DNA from: an uncultured Candidatus Poseidoniales archaeon
GTDB taxonomy: Archaea > Thermoplasmatota > Poseidoniia > Poseidoniales > Thalassarchaeaceae
Length of the DNA: 23,150 bases
Assembly (NCBI GenBank): GCA_964645485.1
Contig: CAZXZO010000027.1
Span: forward strand, 1-23,150
Reading direction: 5' to 3'
Within the stretch, counting starts at the first letter, position 1. Every line of letters begins with the position of its first letter. Position numbers and translations under genes: made by a program. The notes beneath the pieces are model-generated. The model did no database searches and was not told the DNA's origin. It saw nothing but the letters and a program-made list of their open reading frames with translations. Shown here piece after piece: positions 14,968 through 21,965 of this stretch.

Positions 14968-15737
14968 GTTGTATCAACTCCCCACTTCAGCATCGGTGTC
15001 ATCATAACCCCCATGGGTGTTAATTCCAAGGCATATTTTGCCCGAGAGTGGTCTGTGCCGCGCATCTTTACAACTTGCAAAAACCGTAACAAATGTCCCA
15101 TTCTGTCTATATCCCCCATCACCATGATTCCGTCTAAAATCGCTTCTTCTACACCGAAGGAAGACCAGTGTGCTTTAGCGCCCGCAGAAGTGATCTCAGC
15201 AACGAGGAAAGATGTGCAACCCTGGGTGGCTAGAGTTTTTCCTAAAGTGAACAAGAAATCTCGAATGAGTTGGTCGTTTGGAATCTTGTAACATAGTGTT
15301 GTCACTGAATCTATCACCAAGCGAGTTACGCCAATGGTGTTGACAATATCAGTAATTGCTTTCACCAGAGAGTTGATATCTTCTCGGTCGAATGTTGCCT
15401 TTGTTAATCCAAGCCACGAGTAAACGACATCCATATCGAATACGTTGATTAGGCCTTTATCGACCATTTCCATATCAAAAAATGTGTATTGGCGGATATT
15501 TTCAAGTAATTTTACAGAGGGTTCAGTGGCGGCAAAATATGCACATGCTTCACCCATCTGAGCACCATGAACTAGAAATTCCATTGTCAATGTAGTTTTA
15601 CCAGAACCACAAGTTCCACCAATGAGTACAGTTGCACCATATGGTATTCCGCCACGGGTGATTTCATCTAATCCATGGATGCCAGTGACACAACGGTCGC
15701 GAGTATATTGTGGTCCGCCCAGCATGCTATCAACCAT
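14964..15737 (-). CDS. Single-domain KaiC-like ATPase with intact motifs
   Basis: TGIHGLDEITRGGIP, Walker A GTCGSGKTT, Walker B RLVIDSV, FGVEEAILDG and VVKMRGT finger. ATG 15737 follows a GAGGTG SD-like sequence; the ORF track starts at GTG 15752. Confidence 0.93.
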   Translation of the reverse strand: MVDSMLGGPQYTRDRCVTGIHGLDEITRGGIPYGATVLIGGTCGSGKTTLTMEFLVHGAQMGEACAYFAATEPSVKLLENIRQYTFFDMEMVDKGLINVFDMDVVYSWLGLTKATFDREDINSLVKAITDIVNTIGVTRLVIDSVTTLCYKIPNDQLIRDFLFTLGKTLATQGCTSFLVAEITSAGAKAHWSSFGVEEAILDGIMVMGDIDRMGHLLRFLQVVKMRGTDHSRAKYALELTPMGVMMTPMLKWGVDTT

Positions 15738-15826
15738 GCAAAGCCCGACCACCTCTAATAACTCGTTGCCAAAAGAACACGCCTTTAGGCGTGGATTAAA
15801 CTAAGTCAGATAAATCGAAGATGAAT

Positions 15827-16897
15827 TCAAAGGATTCCCGGTGTCCCACCTGTTGAACGATCCCAATTTGAAGAATTTGAAGCCCCTCCACCGAGCCAAC
15901 TTAGAGCAACATCACCTTCAATAATCCAACTACTAGTCCAACCAACTTCCATTTTAGTTTCAGTTTGGGCTACTCCAGGGTAAGTCCAAGTTAGAGTTAA
16001 GGTGTCAGTAACATTGTTCAGACCGTCAACCGCTCCTCTACCTAAAATTCCTGAAAGGCCAAGGTCAAGGATAACATCAGCCCCTTGATTCTCCTGCAAA
16101 GATGGCTTACCAGAACAGAGCAGTACATCTCCACCGGCCAATGCACCATCTCCGATTAGTGAGTGCACTCCACCATTTGATGCGCGCCCTATTCCCCAAC
16201 CAGTTAGGTTGGCTGCAAATCCGTCGCGATTTTCCAATTCAACCCATTCGGGAAATCCTAAATCAGGTTCAGCCATAAATTCAGAGATTACCAGATGTGC
16301 TGGCATCCTACCTGCATCATGAACTTCTAGGATTATTTCGATAGTTTCAGAATTCAACATCATCAAACGATGCGCTACTGCGCTATTTGCGGCAGCATCA
16401 CGGCTCGCACCATCTTGAAACAATAGCAAACCGATTCGGTTCGAATCAGAACTTTCAGTGACTCTTATTGTGAGATTAATACTGGCCCATTCTGGAAGTC
16501 CAAGTCCTTTGATAAATTGGTCTTGTGTGATGTTTGCAATCCCATCAAGTCGCTCGGTATCAAGTTGGCCCAATATCCCTGCTAGTCCCGGTTGAACGAC
16601 TCCGTTTAGCAGATTAGTTGCATTGTAGCGATGCCATTCAGAAGTGGCATTTGCTAAATCGCGATTTCCAAATTCATCGTATGGTGTATACCATCCAGCA
16701 TCAGTTGTTAATCGTTGCAGACTTTCTAGCGCATAATCGTCTAATTGGTCAGTTCTTGGATGATTTGCGCCGAGTTGCAGACCTGCAAGTGAAAAGAAAG
16801 CGGATAAGATGATCAGAAACAAGACGAAAGCGGTCAGGAATTCGATAACAGCAGTCATTCCACCCTCGGAATCTGTAATCTGTCGAGCCGAATGCAT
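15827..16897 (-). CDS. Pilin-like secreted protein with a C-terminal lamin-tail domain (LTD)
   Basis: N-terminal class III-like signal (SEGG|MTAVIEFLTAFVLFLIILSAFF). LTD signatures LVISEFMAEP, EWVELEN, NLTGW and terminal GTPG. Seven N-X-S/T sequons. Confidence 0.78.
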   Translation of the reverse strand: MHSARQITDSEGGMTAVIEFLTAFVLFLIILSAFFSLAGLQLGANHPRTDQLDDYALESLQRLTTDAGWYTPYDEFGNRDLANATSEWHRYNATNLLNGVVQPGLAGILGQLDTERLDGIANITQDQFIKGLGLPEWASINLTIRVTESSDSNRIGLLLFQDGASRDAAANSAVAHRLMMLNSETIEIILEVHDAGRMPAHLVISEFMAEPDLGFPEWVELENRDGFAANLTGWGIGRASNGGVHSLIGDGALAGGDVLLCSGKPSLQENQGADVILDLGLSGILGRGAVDGLNNVTDTLTLTWTYPGVAQTETKMEVGWTSSWIIEGDVALSWLGGGASNSSNWDRSTGGTPGIL

Positions 16898-16946
16898 TGT
16901 CAATCCCTATCCTGCCGAAGGTTGTATCCACCATCAAGTCTGTGTT

Positions 16947-17948
16947 TCAAGGAAGCCCCACCAAATTCAGTAGGAATAGGATAGGGTCACCGATAAGAAG
17001 CAAAGGTAGAATGCCGAACATCAAAAATGCCATGAATGGGTATTTTTCAGTTGTCCACGCTTTGTCGGCTCCAAGTTCTTCTAATTCTGCCAAGATATCT
17101 TGCAACTTGTTTTCAGCACGTCCGCCGCGACTAGGGCGCATTCTAGTGTCTACCTTTTTCTCACCATCTGCTCCTTCTATTACTTCGTCCAATAACCAGA
17201 CGTGACGATTTGGGATATCAGAAAGAGGCAATCGGCGAGCATGCCAAGCCATTTTCAAGTTTCCAGCATCACCTGCAGCCAAGTTAATTCCAAATACATA
17301 AATTGGTAAAATCAGAAAACTCATTGCACCCCAAATTAGCAGTGAAATCGCTGGTGGCATCAATGCATCTCCAGCCGCTGAAATTTCCCCCCATCCGGGC
17401 AAACACAGAGCAACGAACATCATGCCTTTTGCATCGGCCCCACCATGCAACATTCGCAACTGATAACACATCTCAAAGAACAATAATACCACGCCAATTA
17501 ACAACATTTGTCCCCATAAGAAAGAGGCTTGGATTTCAACAGTAGTTGAACAGTAATTGCAGTCAACAAGTGAACCTAATCCTAAGCCGTCCATCAGTGG
17601 GGTTAGGTGACGCAGTGCCCCGAAAATAAGGCCCACAATAGATGCTATGTACCATATTGAAACCAGTATATCTTCGGGCGAACCATTTCGAACATCTTTC
17701 AAGGTTGGCCTTCCTATTACTGCGGTGGAAGCATAGGCGACAACTGCTGACGCGGTAAGCCAAACGGTCCAGTCAGCTTCTAGTGCCCATAACTCAAGAC
17801 AAAGGAGGAATAAGGCAGGCTTTGCCCAAGAGATCCACCAATCGTTTGGAACACGGCGTATTTTGAGGTCAAGATAGGTCGCCCCACCAAGACACAAGAC
17901 GAGAGTAACGACTCGCGCGTAGGTCAGGATTTGCTCGGGTGCCACCAT
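16947..17948 (-). CDS. Prepilin/prearchaellin peptidase (A24 family, PibD/FlaK/EppA-like)
   Basis: Both catalytic Asp motifs are present (YLDLKIRRVPN and GGADAK), with multiple TM helices and the archaeal C-terminal W-T-x-K-x-PF motif (AWTTEKYPF). Confidence 0.9.
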   Translation of the reverse strand: MVAPEQILTYARVVTLVLCLGGATYLDLKIRRVPNDWWISWAKPALFLLCLELWALEADWTVWLTASAVVAYASTAVIGRPTLKDVRNGSPEDILVSIWYIASIVGLIFGALRHLTPLMDGLGLGSLVDCNYCSTTVEIQASFLWGQMLLIGVVLLFFEMCYQLRMLHGGADAKGMMFVALCLPGWGEISAAGDALMPPAISLLIWGAMSFLILPIYVFGINLAAGDAGNLKMAWHARRLPLSDIPNRHVWLLDEVIEGADGEKKVDTRMRPSRGGRAENKLQDILAELEELGADKAWTTEKYPFMAFLMFGILPLLLIGDPILFLLNLVGLP

Positions 17949-18033
17949 GTCCTTCGGGTGCTGTCACAGGTAAGTGCCATAAATGAGGCGCGGTTCGGCC
18001 ACCTTGGAAGCATGCTTTCAGAGGCTGACTCAT

Positions 18034-18297
18034 ATGACCATCGAGACGCGAATAGAGCAGATTTCCACTGTAATTCTACAGTTAGATGATTCTAAAGTGC
18101 CACGGAACATTCGTGCTGGGGCCAAAGAAGCAGTTGAGAAGTGGTTGTTGAATAAATCCAAGGATTTGGATGTTAGAATTGCAATGGCTCAAAACAAATT
18201 GGAAGAGTTGTCAGAAGACCCCAATATCCCAATGGAATATGGTGTGTTGGTCCTGCAAGTACTGACCGCGCTTGAACAACTTCTTGGTGAAGTCTGA
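18034..18297 (+). CDS. UPF0147 family protein
   Basis: DDSKVPRNIRAGAKEA and LEELSEDPNIPM match the conserved archaeal UPF0147 pattern. Start is ATG 18034. Confidence 0.88.
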   Translation: MTIETRIEQISTVILQLDDSKVPRNIRAGAKEAVEKWLLNKSKDLDVRIAMAQNKLEELSEDPNIPMEYGVLVLQVLTALEQLLGEV

Positions 18298-18366
18298 TTA
18301 GGCATTCAAGTAGCAGATTGGTCATCAGCATTCTCCAATCATGAGTGGGATAAAAGATTCTCAAAA

Positions 18367-18384
18367 TTCACTTTCACTTTCACT
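18367..18384 (+). repeat. Tandem hexamer (TTCACT)x3 followed by a pyrimidine tract
   Basis: Read directly from the sequence, intergenic between UPF0147 and the next gene. Confidence 0.8.
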
Positions 18385-18433
18385 TTACTCTCTTTTAGAA
18401 AAGTAGGTAGTGTGACAGCGTTTCATTTGGTTC

Positions 18434-19003
18434 ATGCAATCCCAAGTAGTTAGAAGCATAGTCATGCCAAATGGAATCGTCACTGCACACGCAGATAGAA
18501 CACTGTTGTTCAAACCCCTTAGAGGGCGGGAACAGAAGATTAGGATGGCGGCCCAAGCAACAGTAATGTTGGCGTGTTTTGGGCCGCAAAAAATCGTTTT
18601 TCGGCTTTTAGTCGGCGATGCAAAGGGTTCAGTTCACCTGTTTTCATTGCCTGAATTAAATCTAATCGAAAGCCATGACTTAGGCAATACGCCAGTCACT
18701 GCACTCGCGTTACATGTGCCAGGTGGGAGAACGCGAGTGATTGCTGGATTACAAGATGGTGGAATATATGCTCTAGGAGAAGGTGTACCGTCTGGTTCAT
18801 TGAAATTATTTTCACTTGATGGTTCAATTGGGTTAATTCACTCAACTGATGAATTACTAACCGTCTATTCAGGTTGGACAAGAGAAGTCCGCCATTGGAA
18901 TGGCGATGCAGTCAGTCAAGTAAAGCGTTGGCTCCAACCACCGACTACCCCAACAAAAAGAGTGAGCCAGCAACTCATTCTGCCCAAGGCGGTTCGGGCG
19001 TAA
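18434..19003 (+). CDS. Hypothetical protein, WD40/beta-propeller-like fragment
   Basis: Repeated blade-like motifs (LLVGDAKGSVHLFSLP, PVTALAL, VIAGLQDGGIYAL). It overlaps the convergent MBL gene by 29 nt. Confidence 0.65.
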   Translation: MQSQVVRSIVMPNGIVTAHADRTLLFKPLRGREQKIRMAAQATVMLACFGPQKIVFRLLVGDAKGSVHLFSLPELNLIESHDLGNTPVTALALHVPGGRTRVIAGLQDGGIYALGEGVPSGSLKLFSLDGSIGLIHSTDELLTVYSGWTREVRHWNGDAVSQVKRWLQPPTTPTKRVSQQLILPKAVRA

Positions 19004-19727
19004 ACCAATTGCAAGTGGGTGTAGGGCGAGGCCACTCCTGTGGCCGAAGCCCTTTATTTTCAACAATTTGAGATAGCACTTGTTGGTGCTGTTCAAGTTC
19101 TGCCAACACCGCAGCATCGCCAATGATAGTTTCACCGTGACCGGGAACTAATTGATTGATTTCCATTTTTAGTAAGTACTCTATACTGTCAAGTAGATCT
19201 GGCAAACATCCTGTTGGCAGGTCCCATCGCGAAATATGTCCCTTTTTAGGAATCAAATCGCCAGCAATTAGAATCCCCTCACTTTCAATCCAGAAGCAAC
19301 AGGAGTCAGAGGTATGGCCGGGTGTGTGTATGACTTCGATAGACCCCTTTCCCAAATCAAATACATCACCTTCATCAAATGGTTTCACATCAACTGGCGG
19401 CATATCGGAATTGAAACGAGATGCCCATGTTGTGAACATATCACCGCTTGTCAATGCACCAGAGGCAGCAACATGGGTGTGGACAGAAGCACCCCAGTGG
19501 TCGGCAAGATGCCGAGCCGCTCCAGCAGTGTCATAATGGCGGTGAGTGAGAAAAATTTTGCTAACTTTAGGGGCATCATCTAACTTAGATTCGATTCGTT
19601 CAACCACATTTGCTTGATACCAAGAAGTTCCCGGGTCAATCACAACTGTCTCACTGTCGCCAGAAACGATTGTGCAAGATGCATCATGATGGATGCCTGG
19701 GAGCCTGACTACTCGCATGGGAGACAT
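18975..19727 (-). CDS. Metallo-beta-lactamase-fold hydrolase (glyoxalase II-like)
   Basis: VVIDPG, THRHYDTAG (variant of HxHxDH), HTPGHT, AGDL and PGHG. Confidence 0.9.
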   Translation of the reverse strand: MSPMRVVRLPGIHHDASCTIVSGDSETVVIDPGTSWYQANVVERIESKLDDAPKVSKIFLTHRHYDTAGAARHLADHWGASVHTHVAASGALTSGDMFTTWASRFNSDMPPVDVKPFDEGDVFDLGKGSIEVIHTPGHTSDSCCFWIESEGILIAGDLIPKKGHISRWDLPTGCLPDLLDSIEYLLKMEINQLVPGHGETIIGDAAVLAELEQHQQVLSQIVENKGLRPQEWPRPTPTCNWFTPEPPWAE

Positions 19728-19748
19728 TTGTAGGCAGGGGGTTTGGGC

Positions 19749-19756
19749 TTATATAT
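19749..19756. promoter_or_regulatory. TATA element (TTATATAT) centred between the divergent MBL and rpl40e starts
   Basis: The only AT-rich block in the 51-nt intergenic space. Its centre (~19753) is 26 nt from both start codons. Confidence 0.65.
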
Positions 19757-19778
19757 CGGGAGCAGGTCGGCCGCCTCA

Positions 19779-19925
19779 ATGGCAAGGTTCCCAGAGGCAG
19801 AGAAGCGTCTGCTTGAAGTGCGTGTTTGCATGAAATGCAATGCTCGTAACGGCCTCAAAGCAACAAAGTGCCGCAAGTGTAGTTACAAAGGTCTGCGCTT
19901 AAAGAACAAAGAACGCCGAATCTGA
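19779..19925 (+). CDS. rpl40e: 50S ribosomal protein eL40 (L40e)
   Basis: [24 protein letters not shown]...[15 protein letters not shown], a 48-aa zinc finger. Start is ATG 19779. Confidence 0.96.
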   Translation: MARFPEAEKRLLEVRVCMKCNARNGLKATKCRKCSYKGLRLKNKERRI

Positions 19926-20001
19926 TTTCAGACTTCGTCACTCATTTATTTGAATATTTTCAAAATCCCCAATTTGTTATTGGGTTAATCCTAGAATAAG
20001 T

Positions 20002-20280
20002 CTAGGACCATTCAGTTTCGTCATCTTTCTTTGACTTCTTCCACTCTTTGTAGTGGGTTCTGCAGACCTTAACGCGTCTAGGGCCTTCGGCAATATTATC
20101 CCACACATCAACGGCGTTATCAAAAGCAATTGAACGCCCACCGAGTGCAGTATCAGCGAATTCAGTACACTTAGGAACATGGCAAGGGACTTCTGGGTCT
20201 ATTGCTGCTGAGGAACGAGAACGCTTCGGTTTCCCACCCTTTGGTCGGGGGATTCTGCGCTTGTGTGGTCTGCCTGCCAT
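20002..20280 (-). CDS. Small basic putative zinc-binding protein (C-x4-C ... C-x2-H)
   Basis: Lys/Arg-rich N-terminal tail, CHVPKC and RRVKVCRTHYKEWKK. From memory this resembles a conserved archaeal hypothetical family; not verified. Confidence 0.72.
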   Translation of the reverse strand: MAGRPHKRRIPRPKGGKPKRSRSSAAIDPEVPCHVPKCTEFADTALGGRSIAFDNAVDVWDNIAEGPRRVKVCRTHYKEWKKSKKDDETEWS

Positions 20281-20317
20281 ATTATCGCCTCTGGGTCATT
20301 CCGCTTTATTCTAACGC

Positions 20318-21619
20318 TCAAACTTTGTAGATTGTTGCTTCTCTATCTGGTCCAACACCAACTGACGAGATTGGAACCCCAAGCATGGCCTCAACTTTCT
20401 CAACATATTCACGCGCACCATCAGGAAGAGCAGAGTATCCTTTGCCATTTTCATTTGCGTCTCTAGCCATGTCTAGCCATTCATCCATCTCAAGATGTGG
20501 GAAGCCAGGTACTTTTTCTGTGACGATTTTGACCTTTGCCATATCTTCTGAACATACAGGCATTTCACTCAAGAATTGCCCATCTAAGTCATATCCGACT
20601 ACAATTTCTAACTCATCTAGTCCACCTAAAACATCAAGTTTTGTCAAGGTAAGTTGAGTGAATCCATTCAATCTTTGTGCGTGCCTAAGAACCACCAAGT
20701 CTAGCCAGCCACACCTTCTAGGTCGTCCAGTAGTGGTGCCAAACTCATGACCCATTTTCCCCATGTAAGCACCCACATCATCAAACAATTCACCCGGGAA
20801 AGGACCGTGCCCGACCCGTGTAGTGTACGCTTTTACCACGCCATAAACTTCGTCGATATGGCCGGGGTGAATACCAACGCCGTGGCTCGCATTAGCCCGG
20901 CTTGTTACCGAAGATGTGACAAATGGATAAGTGCCATGGTCGATGTCAAGTAAGCATCCTTGAGCACCTTCAAGCAGAACATTTTCACCTTGTCGTAAAG
21001 CCAAGTCAAGCATCAATCCAGTAGGCTTGATGGCAGCAGAAAAACGGTCAAGAACCCATTGCAAATCCGCTTTCAAGTCATCAGCGTGAATCTGTTGGTC
21101 GACTTTAACAGTGCGAAGTTGCCAATTCATTCGTGAAATCGTTTTGCGAATTAATTTAGGGTCATCAATCACATTTTTAATGTCACAAAATCTGATTCCA
21201 ACTCGCTCAATTTTATCGCGGTATGTAGGTCCAATTCCTCTACCAGTGGTACCAATTTTTTGGTCAGCCCCATCATAGAGCCTGTGGAAAGGCAGGTTCA
21301 CATGAGCTCTTTCAGATATCCAAAGGCGTTTTCCTTCGGGAGATTCTCCAGACGAATCCTTCCATGTGTCAAGTTCTTCCTCCAAAACCCAAGGGTCAAT
21401 GACCATACCCGCTCCAAGAACTAATTGACAATCTGGATTGGTTAGACCAGAAGGTAATTGGTGAAGTTTGAGGACTTGGTCTCCAAGTACAATAGTGTGG
21501 CCAGCGTTGTTACCACCTTGGAATCTAGCAACCCAATTCGAATCCTGAGCAAGTTGGTCGACCAACTTGCCTTTTCCTTCGTCTCCCCATTGAGCACCGA
21601 GCACTACTGATGCGGGCAT
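20318..21619 (-). CDS. purA: Adenylosuccinate synthetase
   Basis: GAQWGDEGKGK, RFQGGNNAGHT, IGTTGRGIGP, EGAQG, GTYPFVTSS, EFGTTTGRPRRCGWLD and TKLDVL. The start is placed at MPASVVLG (21619). Confidence 0.98.
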   Translation of the reverse strand: MPASVVLGAQWGDEGKGKLVDQLAQDSNWVARFQGGNNAGHTIVLGDQVLKLHQLPSGLTNPDCQLVLGAGMVIDPWVLEEELDTWKDSSGESPEGKRLWISERAHVNLPFHRLYDGADQKIGTTGRGIGPTYRDKIERVGIRFCDIKNVIDDPKLIRKTISRMNWQLRTVKVDQQIHADDLKADLQWVLDRFSAAIKPTGLMLDLALRQGENVLLEGAQGCLLDIDHGTYPFVTSSVTSRANASHGVGIHPGHIDEVYGVVKAYTTRVGHGPFPGELFDDVGAYMGKMGHEFGTTTGRPRRCGWLDLVVLRHAQRLNGFTQLTLTKLDVLGGLDELEIVVGYDLDGQFLSEMPVCSEDMAKVKIVTEKVPGFPHLEMDEWLDMARDANENGKGYSALPDGAREYVEKVEAMLGVPISSVGVGPDREATIYKV

Positions 21620-21705
21620 CGGGGTGAACCGGAGCGCGAGAGCACCATGAACTTGCCCACAAGGGTATATGCAAAAATGGCCAGTAAAAAATAGTGAATA
21701 AATAG

Positions 21706-21722
21706 TTATCAGAGTCTGATAA
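21706..21722. repeat. Perfect inverted repeat TTATCAGA-G-TCTGATAA (operator-like)
   Basis: Read directly from the sequence, in the divergent purA/tfb intergenic region. Confidence 0.75.
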
Positions 21723-21916
21723 TTATCTGTGTTTTTGTGGTCTGAAAAGTGGCCAAATTCATACTTCATTGATGGGAAGTCCCATTCAATTGACGGTTTT
21801 TTCAGGGCAGTTGCATCGTTCAAATAGGGTCGGGTCATTGACACCTGTGTTTGCGCCCAAAAATTGTGTTCAGAGTGCGTGAGTAAAGTAAATGAACGCA
21901 CATTTCACCCCACAGG

Positions 21917-21924
21917 TTTAAATA
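21917..21924 (+). promoter_or_regulatory. TATA box (TTTAAATA) of tfb
   Basis: Consensus archaeal TATA sequence about 42 nt upstream of ATG 21966, with GAGG before the start. Confidence 0.65.
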
Positions 21925-21965
21925 CTGCGGGCAACAACTCACTATGTAACCCGAGGTTGTAGAGT

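Noticed and set aside
13568-15737. A cyanobacterial-type KaiABC circadian clock
   Set aside because: The proteins are single-domain, no KaiA or KaiB homolog is in the window, and the intact ATPase lacks the Ser/Thr phosphosites. The pilin context points to an ArlH-like regulatory role.
13568-15737. RadA/RadB recombinase next to mutS-mutL
   Set aside because: There is no RadA N-terminal HhH domain or DNA-binding loop motif, and the motifs (GGIP, GVEE, KMRG) are KaiC/RAD55-type.
21620-21901. ORF-track N-terminal 94 aa of PurA as part of the protein
   Set aside because: PurA homology begins at MPASVVLGAQWGDEGKG, and the extension has non-protein-like composition. It is kept only as a low-interest finding.
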